DNA from: Macrostomum lignano
Taxonomy: Eukaryota
Direction: 5' to 3'
Assembly: GCA_002269645.1 (NCBI GenBank)
Contig: NIVC01003402.1
Span: forward strand, 1-38,561
Length of the DNA: 38,561 nucleotides
Positions 11,801 to 21,555 of this stretch are shown here, piece after piece. The position numbers were made by a program, and so were the translations under genes. A model generated the notes under the pieces. That model searched no databases. It had not been told where the DNA came from and saw only the letters and a program-made list of their open reading frames with translations. Within the stretch, counting starts at the first letter, position 1, and each line of letters opens with the position of its first letter.

Positions 11801-14349
11801 TCGGCAGTCAAGGCGATCGGATGAAGTCGAAATGCCTGAAGCAGTCGCGGAATCTCGGCCAACGAACAGGTTCCTGTTTCCAGACAGTCATTCAGCGATG
11901 GACTGCACTGATCTCGCTTGGCACTCGCGTCGAAAACCACTCGAACTTTGGTCGATTCAGCTTCAGGACGAATTACGGCTCGGTGGGGTAGGTAGTGGAT
12001 GAGATCGCTGGTCCCATCTGGAGCTTCTTCGACTACGCCAGCTTCCTTCTGACTGGTCAGAATGCGGTGGTACTCCTGAAGTAGCGCAGGCTCACGACGC
12101 AGCCTCGTCAGATTGGTCTTTAGTCTCTTGAACGCTACCTCGAAGTTGTCGGGCAATCTTAATTCCTTTTTGGGAATCTTCCACGGCAGCTGAACTGAGT
12201 AGCGACCCTCTTGGAACTGGGCATTCAGAGTCAGTGGACGCTGATCAGGCTCGGCTGCACTTCTGATGCCGAGACCTTCTAAAGTCCAGAACGCCTCGAT
12301 GGTGCTGCTGTCCAGACCTTTCTCCGCTCCTTGAGCACAGCAGAGAAGAACCTGCTCTGACCTGGTCTCTAGCTCACTTGCGGCGAACCTATCTGACAGT
12401 GACCCGCACAGCAACCAACCGAGCTGACTGGATACGGCAACTGGACCGGAGCCGACCTCTGAGCGAATCACTTGACCTGTGACGAGGTCGTAGAATTTGT
12501 CGGCTCCGATGAGGATACTGATCTCGGGATTCTGTTCACCACCGATGTCCCAGTCTGCCATGTCGAGGTGTTGAAAGTGCTTCATGCACAAGCTGCTGAC
12601 AACTGGCTGATGAGAGCAGATGTAAGGCACTGTGTTGGCGCGCACTGTGAACTGGGCGGTGCTGTCAGATTTCCGAAGCTTGAACTCGACCATCGCAGTC
12701 TGCAGCACCTTGGCCTCTGTGCCACCGAATGTTGTCACCTCCATCGTCTCTCTGCCCATGACCTGGAGCCCCATCTTCTCAGCCAAGCTGGTCAAGATGA
12801 ACGAACGGTTGCTTGCAGAGTCAAAGAGAATTCGCACCGGAGTCTCCTGATTGTTAACAGTCGAAATCAGTACAGCTCCCGCTGTTGGAAGGATCACTGT
12901 TTGAGCTTTTGTCACCATAGCCATGGTCTTCACTTCTTGACTCTTCACATTCTGTGCAGCAGCCTGCTCGGACTTCTTCCGGTCTTCTCCCACCTTTCCA
13001 AGTGTGGAGCCGGGTGCCTTCGGTCCATCCTTACCCTGCAGCTTCTCCATGCGTGCGCTACAAAGACTTGGGTGATGCTTCATCTGGCAGAATTCACATT
13101 GCTTCTTGTGGTAGCAGGTCTTGACGCTGTGTCCCTTGCAGAGACAGCTGAAGCAACGCCTCTGCTCCTTCAAAAACTGGAGTCGTGCCGCAACGTCTAC
13201 CCGGCGAGTGCACTTCTCTGGAGCATGTTCAGTTTCGCAGAAGGGACAAGCCGTGCTGACCTTTTTGACCTTCGTGTGAAGCGCAGCCACTGTGCCGCCA
13301 TCCCTTGTCTGTTTCTCACCAGCAGTCTTGGACGCTCCATTGGAACCGGACGTCTGCCCTGCAGCTCCAGCGGCCGCCTCCTCCCGGACTAAAATCTCCA
13401 TTTCCAAGACCTGCAGAAACTCCGTCACAGAATCTAAGCCATTGCCATCCCTCATCTGCGACAAGCTGCTACCAAAGGAATAACCGACGGAAGCAATCCG
13501 AGCAGTTCTCAGCATCCCGAGACGAACGACTTCCGGCAGCTTCGCCAGCAAGTTGGGCAGCAACATGGACTCGTAAGATTCGACACTCACCCCGAGATTC
13601 GTCAGACTGCGGACATTTCCATTGACTTGGTCGTAGAAATTCCTCAGGTGCTGTGCCGACGAACTGGAGCAGGTCAGCACCGAGAACTTTGCCAGGTGCT
13701 CGCGCACGGCTCCGTTGCGGGATCCAAATCGTCGTTGCAGGTTGTCGATGGCGATATGGTAGTTGTCCTTCGTGATGTTGAGACCAGCGATTGAGTTTCG
13801 GGCTTCCCCAGACAGACACGACTGCAGGTAGCTGAATTTGTCGACGACACTCAGGCTCGGGTTGTCATGGATACTGGAGTTGAAGCGGTCCCAGAATTCC
13901 GTCCATTGGGTCCGATCGCCACTGAATGACGGTGGCGGCAGTTTTGGCAACCTGATGGCAGTCTGAGTCCTTGTCGTTGAAGAATTCTCTTCCGAAGACT
14001 TGGACGAAGTCGTCGTCTGTATGGCTGTATTCTGCAGCAGATTTGTTGCCTGCGGCGTGCCGGTCCGCGCGGTCTGAAGCTCCTGGAGCCGTCTGGTGAG
14101 GTTCGAGATCAATTTGCCAGCCAGCAGGTCGTACTCCATTGTCGTCTCTGCTTCAGCCTGCACGTCCTTCTCGTCAACCTCCGCGGCGAGCTCTTCATCT
14201 GCTGCTTGGAGCTGCTGCTTCTTGAACCGTAGAGCCTCTAGAACGCTGTCGATTTCATCTTCAGCAGCATCTGTTTTGAGCAGGTCTTCGGCTTTCTGTG
14301 CCAGTCTGGTGACCGTCGCTCGTAACACGCCTCTCTTCCTGGAGTCCAT
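8900..14349 (-). CDS. BEL/Pao gag-pol polyprotein with a 1-nt deletion at ~9636 in the integrase core
   Basis: ATG at 14349. Gag LPKL..F.G...W..FW, three Cys-His knuckles, protease ILFDSASNRSFI, RT YLPH..V / DIEKAF / YVDN, RNase H HGFCDAS and WTDS, integrase H2C2 and GLDYCGP. After the frame change: SDNA, APWQGGFWERL and a C-terminal W...YL..L domain, stop at 8900-8902. Confidence 0.95.
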
Positions 14350-14419
14350 GCTGTTGTTGAAAAATCGCTGAGTCACTGTAGCACTCTTGCGCTCACTGCT
14401 TGATTTTACTGTGATTTTG

Positions 14420-14431
14420 GTTCGGGCGCCA
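14420..14431 (-). other. Primer binding site (tRNA-Lys type)
   Basis: Minus strand TGGCGCCCGAAC directly follows the 5' LTR. Confidence 0.85.
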
Positions 14432-14687
14432 TGTTAAAGAAATAATCAAGTCTAATAAATCTGAGGGTTGGACTTTAACAAAAAAACAGGTAAATGAGCC
14501 CTGTGGCTAAATTATTGCTTATATTTTAAATTAAATCGATGTTCTCTCTCTCCAACTCTCTGACTCAACAACGCCTCACGCACATCAACCCCACCCCAAC
14601 ACACTCTGAGACGGGGACCGCCAAGTGTACACTGGCGACGCTACACATAGCAGAGGGTCGGTACGCAGGCACTCCAAATCCAATACA
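14432..14687 (-). repeat. 5' LTR of the BEL/Pao element
   Basis: Apparently identical 256-bp copy of 8293-8548. Confidence 0.97.
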
Positions 14688-14694
14688 ACAACCC

Positions 14695-15310
14695 ATGAGG
14701 GCCAACCCCCAAGGCACAGAGAGTGTGCATCCTGATGATTAGAAAGTCAGGGTCACTGTACACCCTGTGTGAGCGTGTGTACGAGTGCGTGTCTGTGTAC
14801 AGCATGCCTGGGTGTCTGCGGGCAGACGGCCTCAGCGCTGGTTGTGGGATGATGTCGCCGAATTTATTATTATTAGAGGCAGGGGGGCTGTGTGCACCCT
14901 GGCGCACTTTAAGCGACATAGGCACACAACCGGCGAGAGGCATTGCTGCCCATTCCGCCGACTCCCCTGAGCAGGCACACAAGCGCGCGGATACGTACGC
15001 AGGTACACACTCACACAGGAGTGTACAGCAGCCCTAACTTTATTTTATCGTTAGGCATGTACACTTCACTGCGCCTTGGGGGGTTGGCTCTCAAGACCGT
15101 TAATTGCACGAGCAGAGCCAAGCCGAGATTCCAATTCAGCCCCAAATTAATGTGACTGCACTTGGAATCGAGCCTGGGTCGCTGGCACACCAGAGCCTGC
15201 ACCAGACCGCTGAGCTACGCCCCCCCCCCCCCGATGTCGCCGAAGGGGTGTTGCGTCACAGCGTCAGGATGCCCTACAGTCCTCCTGCGAATATATTTAT
15301 TATTATTATG
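14695..15310 (+). mobile_element. Older diverged SINE family A relative (3' half), split by the younger antisense SINE
   Basis: 14695-14850 (GAGGGCCAACCCCCAAGGCACAG...CTGTACACCCTGTGTGAG) and 15245-15310 (GCGTCAGGATGCCCTACAGTCCTCCTGC plus ATT tail) align to the family A body and 3' end. Confidence 0.65.
14863..15232 (-). mobile_element. Full-length tRNA-derived SINE family A
   Basis: Minus-strand head GGGGGCGTAGCTCAGCGG (A box)...GGCTCGATTCC (B box), (TAA)n tail, perfect 12-bp TSD GATGTCGCCGAA at 14851-14862 and 15233-15244. Confidence 0.9.
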
Positions 15311-15475
15311 GAGTTAATCGTTAATCGTTAATCGTGCAATAACACCGATATATATATTTATGCTGACTGTAAGACTATAATGAAGGAAAGGAGTAATCCA
15401 GATCGAGATCATGCCAAGACCATTTTATCACGCGGCATCGATATATTGGTGTCATTGTATCTCAATGGTATATTT

Positions 15476-16044
15476 CATAGACAGCTGCGTTTCTTACACG
15501 CTGAACTGAATGGCCGTCACCCATAGAGAACTCTCCTTTCACGCTGACTGTAAGACTATACGAGCTATAAGGAAGGAAAGGAGTGATCCAGATAGCAAAT
15601 ATAATTTTAGAATGGAGCCCGCTCAAAAACGACCGTGGATATCGGTAACCTTCGATTTGGCAGTCGACGAGATGCCGAGATGCGGCAAATGTCACAGAGT
15701 CTGTCGCTGTCGCTGCATTCCAATGGCTAGGATCTGGTATCAGCCGAATCAAGGAAGCGGGTAATCCCAGTTCCTGTGTCTGGAGCAGATCCCGCATGTA
15801 TGCCAATAGCTGCCGGGCAAGAAGGCGCGGTTGTTCAACTATTGAGTCAGCGACAATGGTCAGTCAGTCAATACATGTACCGGCTGCCACTGTTGTGTTC
15901 AATTTCCACGGATCGCTCTACAACTGTGTGTTTCGTGGTTAGGGACATGCTCTGTTTATATAATCAGTTACTTGCATCCTGAAAAAAATATACGTCGTAC
16001 TTTCATTGATTTTGGTCAGCGTGTAATCAACGCAGTTGTCTATG
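15476..16044. mobile_element. Non-autonomous MITE-like element with 28-bp CATAGAC-starting terminal inverted repeats
   Basis: Left CATAGACAGCTGCGTTTCTTACACGCTG (15476-15503) versus reverse complement of 16017-16044, CATAGACAACTGCGTTGATTACACGCTG: 25/28 identical; no TSD seen. Confidence 0.65.
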
Positions 16045-16137
16045 GTCCAGACACTGCGTTTCTTACACGCTGGGATGCGTTTTGTTCACGCTGCCCGCGC
16101 TTCGTTTAATGTGTTCAAACCATTTAGACAATATACC

Positions 16138-16680
16138 AATATTGATGGGCTGCAGAGGGCAGAAACGAGCTTTAACGCCGAGGCGCGTAGCGCCGAGGAG
16201 TGTTAGCTCGTTTCTGCCCGATGCGGCCCATCCATATTAGTGTTATAGTTAGCGGGCGTGAAACCGCGTTTCACGGGCCGCTGAGACTGTCTATGGTAAA
16301 ATCCCATTTACTCCAATGCATTCAGTCGGTTTCACGGCCCGCTGAAAATGTCTATGGCAAAGTCAGAAGAAAGCGGGGTCAAGGGGGCGCTGAGCCCCCT
16401 TGCGGGGGTGTGGGGGCGGAGCCTCCACATTAGCACTCCAGCACACAAGACAAATAAAGAAATAATGAAATCCAAAAATTGTCTATGGCCAAAACTCCTT
16501 ATTTTGCGAATTGAAAAAATAGTAACTGATACTAAGAAGTATAAGTTCTTTCCGTTTCTTTACTTCTTTGGTCCAAACCGCTTGGCTGAGAACTCGTTTC
16601 TTGGCCGAGGCGTAGCCGAGGCCTGGAATCGAGTTCAAAGCCTAAGCGGTTTGGACCAAAGAATCAATGAAACGGAAAGA
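16138..16680. repeat. Cluster of long imperfect palindromes upstream of the recombinase ORF
   Basis: Inverted arms at 16138-16238, 16250-16344, 16381-16429 (two GC hairpins) and 16547-16680; centres GCCGAGGCGCGTAGCGCCGAGG and GCCGAGGCGTAGCCGAGGC. Confidence 0.85.
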
Positions 16681-16779
16681 ATAGATTTCTGCCTCATTTG
16701 GTCGGTCCGTCAGAGTCGTGTTGTAAGTGTCTATGGTCAAGACTTCTTTTTAGTATAGGTCCTCGCCTAGAGAAGACCC

Positions 16780-18204
16780 ATGCACGATCATTCTTTACTC
16801 TTTAGTTTGCAACTTTATTTGAACAACGCAACAATCACAAGCATGGATTTAGATTTTGATCTCGGGATCGACTTTATGCCACTCGACTTTGCGATAATCG
16901 ACGATTTATTGAGTGCTACAGGCGTTCCTACAGATGGAGAATTGGAGTTTGCTACCGAGGACCAGAGGCTAGAAGAAATAATTAAATCTGTTATTCCGGA
17001 GGGAACAAAGAAGAAGTGTCAATGGATGGTGGAAGCTTTTCGACGCTGGCACGACAAGAAGAAGGAACAGTGGGCAAAATCCGAACCTAATGCTGGTCCT
17101 GCTCTGATGATTCTTGCCGATCTTGCCGACATGAGCAAATCGGACCTTAACTATCTACTTAAATGGTTCATACTGGAGGTTCGTACAAAGAGTGGCTCTC
17201 GGTACACTGCTTCTACGTTGAAGGACTTTTTCAGTATGTTGCAGTACTACCTAGTCAACGACTGCAAGAAACCGTTTAGCCTGTGGAAGGATGTGGAATT
17301 CGCTGAGAGTCGACGGGCGTTGGACGCTTCAATGAAGATGAGTACTCGAGAGGGCAGAGGTAGTGGACTGCGTAGAGCTGAGCCTGTTCCTGCCAGCATA
17401 GAAGACAAGCTGTGGCAAAGTGGCATGCTTGGTCGGGATACGCCAAAACAGCTAGTGAGTGCTCTGATCTGGTGCGTCGGTAAGCACTTTGCTCTCCGCG
17501 GGGGATCCGAACTGCGTAATCTGGTGTACAACCGCCAAATCCAACTGGAGAAGGTAGACAATGAATTCTGCTTGGTTTATAGAGACAACGCTGGAACGAA
17601 ATCCAATCAAGGCGGCCTAAAGGGCCTTCGTCGCGAACCCAAGGTTGTCAGAGCTTTCCACACCGAAGATCATGCCAGGTGCATTGTCTGTGTGTACACG
17701 GACTACTGCGCACGTCGGCCACGTGAGTGCCATGAAGCTCTTATCTTGTCATGCAATCGTCAGTGGAAGCCAGACAGCCGCGCCGAATGGTTTATGCGGA
17801 CGCCAATGGGACGGCACACCCTGGCTGACACTGTCAAGACTTTAGTGAACGATGTTTCGCCTGGTAATGGTACACGCTACACTAATCAAAGTCTACGCAA
17901 GACCTGCGCTACCACCGTGAACGAGGCTGGCGTGCAACGAGCTGACATAGCACGTGTGACCGGGCACAGTAGCAACGCTTTAGAGCGCTACATTGGCATC
18001 TCAATGAGTCAAGAGAAAACTTTCAGCGCCATCCTAGCTGGATCTGCAGCTGCTGAAACGAAACCGGATAGTGCAGCAAAAACCGAGCCGGCCGGGGCTG
18101 GAGATGAGATGGACGGTGGCGTTGGCAGTGGTCAACCAAGGGTGAAGAGAATGCGCCTGGAGGTGTGTGGCGATACAAACAAAGTGAGCATCTATTTCGA
18201 ATGA
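16780..18204 (+). CDS. Crypton-like tyrosine recombinase (DUF3504 / ZMYM-QRICH1-KCTD1-related family), intronless, 474 aa
   Basis: Motifs L...L..F..EVR.K.G..Y, ALRGGSELR (Arg), TKSNQGGL (Lys), TNQSLR (H-x-x-R position), TGH and LERY (Tyr nucleophile). Single open frame; the second Met at 16843 may be the true start. Confidence 0.85.
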   Translation: MHDHSLLFSLQLYLNNATITSMDLDFDLGIDFMPLDFAIIDDLLSATGVPTDGELEFATEDQRLEEIIKSVIPEGTKKKCQWMVEAFRRWHDKKKEQWAKSEPNAGPALMILADLADMSKSDLNYLLKWFILEVRTKSGSRYTASTLKDFFSMLQYYLVNDCKKPFSLWKDVEFAESRRALDASMKMSTREGRGSGLRRAEPVPASIEDKLWQSGMLGRDTPKQLVSALIWCVGKHFALRGGSELRNLVYNRQIQLEKVDNEFCLVYRDNAGTKSNQGGLKGLRREPKVVRAFHTEDHARCIVCVYTDYCARRPRECHEALILSCNRQWKPDSRAEWFMRTPMGRHTLADTVKTLVNDVSPGNGTRYTNQSLRKTCATTVNEAGVQRADIARVTGHSSNALERYIGISMSQEKTFSAILAGSAAAETKPDSAAKTEPAGAGDEMDGGVGSGQPRVKRMRLEVCGDTNKVSIYFE

Positions 18205-18959
18205 TTGAATGATTGAAGTGACAAAATACAGCATCGTAAAAAAATTTCTTCCTTTAATATTGCATTGTTAATGTTGTTTTATTACATCACTTTCTGATAA
18301 TAAATATACTGTTGTTGAGTTGATTTCTCTGGCCCGGACCGCTGTTTCTTTGGCCGGGTCAAAGAAAGAATTGTTGCATTGAACCATAGATATATATGGA
18401 GCGGCCAAATGGGGTAGAATTATTAAGCAGCACTAAGCTTTACTTTTAAAATATACAAGTTGTAGAAACATTAACTAGATACTTATATGCATACGAGTTT
18501 TTTTACTTATTGAAGTTGGCCATAGATTATTGCAGCGGGCGGGATGCCGTGCGTTTCTCCCCGTTTCAACACGCCTAGGCTAACTATAACTGCGTTTCTT
18601 ACACAGTAACAAGTCATTTAACACACACAATAGCGAGATACAATGCGCTGATATATTCTTTCAGTAGCAAAATAAGCGTTTTTTCCTATATTTGGAAAAG
18701 AAAGATTTAATTTTACATGATATTTAAGTTTTTAGAGCGACAAAATTCGTTTGTGGCTTTCTACACGCAGACCCATTAAATTAGCATTTTTACCCTTTTG
18801 AAGCTGCAGCCAAGTCCATAGCGTGCATAGCGAACAAGAAAAATTGGTGGCGCCAGGGACTGCTTAAACTAGGGACGGGAAAGTGGCCAAATCATGCAGA
18901 AAATAGTTGGAGGCTGGTTTTTTAGTGCTCCCTAGAATTTATTACTAAACGCAGAAAGC

Positions 18960-19378
18960 TGTTTTTTCGCCATCCTGTACAGAATTTATCCCTCTACAAG
19001 ATGCACAACTCGATTTTTGTCAATCTTCATTCTGAGAGGAGCAGTGAGCCTTTTTGTACAGGACCCCCTTTTTACTAGGGAGTTAAACATAGCCAACGCC
19101 TTATTGAGATGTCTAGGTCTTTTGCACAAGCATCATCGCTATTCAGTTAAGCTTGTAGTCAATTCTGCTGCTGCGTCGTGTTATAGTGATGCGTATTATA
19201 CCATAGACAACAAGCCGTCTGACTGCAGATTTTTATAAGGCATTCTCTATATAAAACACTGTGAAAGAGGGGGTCCTGTACAAAAAAGCTCGCTGCTCCT
19301 CTCAGAATTAAGATTGACAAAAATAGAGTTGCGCATCTTGTGAAAAGATAAATTCTGTACAGGATGTCGGAAAAACAA
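18960..19378. mobile_element. Foldback/MITE-like element with ~118-bp inverted arms
   Basis: 18960-19076 versus reverse complement of 19259-19378 (CATCCTGTACAGAATTTATC...TTCTGAGAGGAGCAG...TGTACAGGACCCCCT). Confidence 0.8.
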
Positions 19379-19429
19379 CGGAGGCGCACTGCTGATTGGC
19401 GCACATGGGTGTACTCAATGCACCAGCGC

Positions 19430-19605
19430 TTACGGAAAAAATCCGACCTTCAGAAGAATCGTCGAATATCTCGACGGTCCGGAGGGCTGGCGACTTGATT
19501 CTTGTTTGAGAAGGTGCGCAACAAAAGTAAGTCCGTGTTCTTGAATTTCGTGTGCCTGCGTTGCTCCGTTCCGGCGCAGCAAAAATTGTCTGGGGTCCCC
19601 CTTGG
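19430..19605 (+). repeat. Most complete copy of the dispersed repeat seen at 1741-2210 and ~22460-22530
   Basis: GGAAAAAATCCGACCTTC...CTTGATTCTTGTTTGAGAAGGTGC...GTGTTCTTGAA...TTGCTCCGTT is shared. Confidence 0.75.
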
Positions 19606-20355
19606 TAGTTCGATGGGCGAAAAATGGCTTGGTATTTCTACTTTTAAGTTGTAGAAAAAATGCTCCATACTCTTTATTCAAGGTCTCAAAGGCGCCAGAA
19701 AATTCTGTCGCATGGACTTTTCCGGAGGGGTGGTGAGAAAGAAAAAAATGTACAGAAAGGTGTAGAAATTATGCGAAAAGGGGGCACGCTATGACCCCGT
19801 CGCGGTGTCACTCCAAAGTATCCTTGGCTGTGTGTTAACTTTCATAATATAATTATACACACGTGCTCTCAGTCGGCAGGTTGCATGCAAACAGCTCATA
19901 CCCGCGGTAAGCTTCTCTGTCCGACACAGTCCGTCTCTCCCCATCTCTTTCTCTCTCCATTTCTTACCCACGTACCATTATTTATTTTCTTAAAAAAGAT
20001 GAACTTGCTTCGCACTCATTTTCCCCAGTAGCTTCGTTAGACTAAAAGGTCGAGCTTCGCATTCTGAGCACAACTGTATCCTTAAACTAACCGATCGAAG
20101 ACAAATGCATCCTTCGCAGATTAGGTAAGAGATAAAAATGCATTTTTATAAGTGTGATAATTGTGACTAATGCGTCGTCAAAAGGTGTTGTTAGTAGTAT
20201 CCAAAACTTCTGTCCACCACAAGCCGGCAGTTTGGAAGTTTTGCCTCGTTGAGGACGCAAGGAAACAAGCTGCAAAATGGATGCAGAGATGCTAGATTTT
20301 TTTGCAATATGAGCAAAAATTGATTTATCTGTAAATATTCTGGTTCATCGTTCCA

Positions 20356-21033
20356 TATAACGGGTGTCCCAAAAAAGGTAACACTTTGTGCGCTCACTGT
20401 GAGTGAGCAGTTAGGCCTATAGCACAGTAATTTAACAGGTCCACAGTAAACATTTGTAAGTTTTTCCCACAAACATTTGGTTGCGAAAAATTGCTCCAGA
20501 GGCGAGTTATTGAGCACAGAAGTGTACGCTAGCTTTTCTGCCAAGCTTTGCCATACACAGCTGCCATAGACAATCTTTTGCTTTAAAAAATCTTAAGGAG
20601 CATAGACTCTGAGACGGTGTGTGGTCAAATAGCAGTTTATTTGAAAAATCGTTATTGATTTTTTGAGCTTGTAAGTGTACGCTAGCTTCTCTGCTAAGCT
20701 TTGCCATAGACGGAGGCCATAGACAATCTTTTGCGTAAGAAAAATGACAGAGCATGCATAGGCTCTGAGACTGATCTAACGTTAAAATTTCTTAAATTTC
20801 TTAAACGTTAAGATTGTCTATGGCAGCTATGTATGGCAAAGCTTGGCAGAAAAGCTAGCGTACACTTCTGTGCTCAATAACTCGCCTCTGGAGCAATTTT
20901 TTGCAACCAAATGTTTGTGGGAAAAACTTACAAATGTTTACTGTGGACCTGCTAAATTACTGTGCCATAGGCCTAACTGCTCACTCACAGTGAGCGCACA
21001 AAGTGTTACCCTTTTTTTGGGACACCCGTTATA
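20356..21033. mobile_element. Tc1/mariner-type foldback MITE with ~220-bp TIRs
   Basis: TA flanks; TIR begins (TA)ACGGGTGTCCCAAAAAAGGTAACAC; 20358-20577 is a near-perfect inverse of 20811-21031; internal direct duplication 20520-20615 / 20673-20771. Confidence 0.9.
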
Positions 21034-21189
21034 ATACTCGTACAATATACTCCATATGCTCGTTAGTTAATTCAAACACTTAAGCCATAGAAATCTCGGA
21101 TGGGCCGTTCCGGTTTTGTGTGCCCAACTGTTCCACATAGCACGACGAAGTCGTACTCGTACAAGCCTGGAAATCGACGAAGCCGACCT

Positions 21190-21555
21190 TTATTTTTTTT
21201 ATTAGAGGCAGGGGGGTTGTGTGCACCCTGGCGCACTTTAAGCGACATAGGCACACAACCGGCGAGAGGCATTACTGCCCATTCCGTCGACTCCCCTGAG
21301 CAGGCACACAAGCGCGCGGATACGTACGCAGGTACACACTCACACAGGAGTGCACAGCGGCCCTAACTTTATTTTATCGTTAGGCATGTACACTTCACTG
21401 CGCCTTGGGGGGTTGGCTCTCAAGGCCGTTAATTGCACGAGCAGAGCCAAGCCGAGATTCCAATTCAGCCCCAAATTAATGTGACTGCACTTGGAATCGA
21501 GCCTGGGTCGCTGGCACACCAGAGCCTGCGCTAGACCGCTGGGCTACGGCCCCCC
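21190..21555 (-). mobile_element. Full-length tRNA-derived SINE family A
   Basis: Nearly identical to 14863-15232; imperfect 11-bp TSD GAAGCCGACCT (21179-21189) / GAAGCAGACCT (21559-21569). Confidence 0.9.

Larger units (their letters stand above)
8293..14687 (-). mobile_element. Full-length BEL/Pao LTR retrotransposon (6395 bp)
   Basis: 256-bp TG...CA LTRs at 8293-8548 and 14432-14687; 5-bp TSD ACAAC (8288-8292, 14688-14692); PBS and PPT on the minus strand; gag-PR-RT-RNaseH-IN domain order typical of BEL/Pao. Confidence 0.97.

Noticed and set aside
9039-14371. Numerous + strand ORFs over the retrotransposon (e.g. 12472-13392, 306 aa)
   Set aside because: Antisense shadows of a long GC-rich coding frame with no recognisable motifs.
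16138-16680. Bacterial rho-independent terminators or contaminant DNA
   Set aside because: The hairpins lack U-tracts, and the surrounding window has spliceosomal introns, SINEs and LTR elements, indicating an animal genome.
16348-16758. 136-aa ORF upstream of the recombinase as a partner gene
   Set aside because: It runs through the hairpins and the long palindrome and has no recognisable domain; more likely incidental.
21095-21180. THAP-domain start (CVPNC)
   Set aside because: A stop follows within a few codons and no downstream W / CSxHF motifs appear even after removing the SINE.
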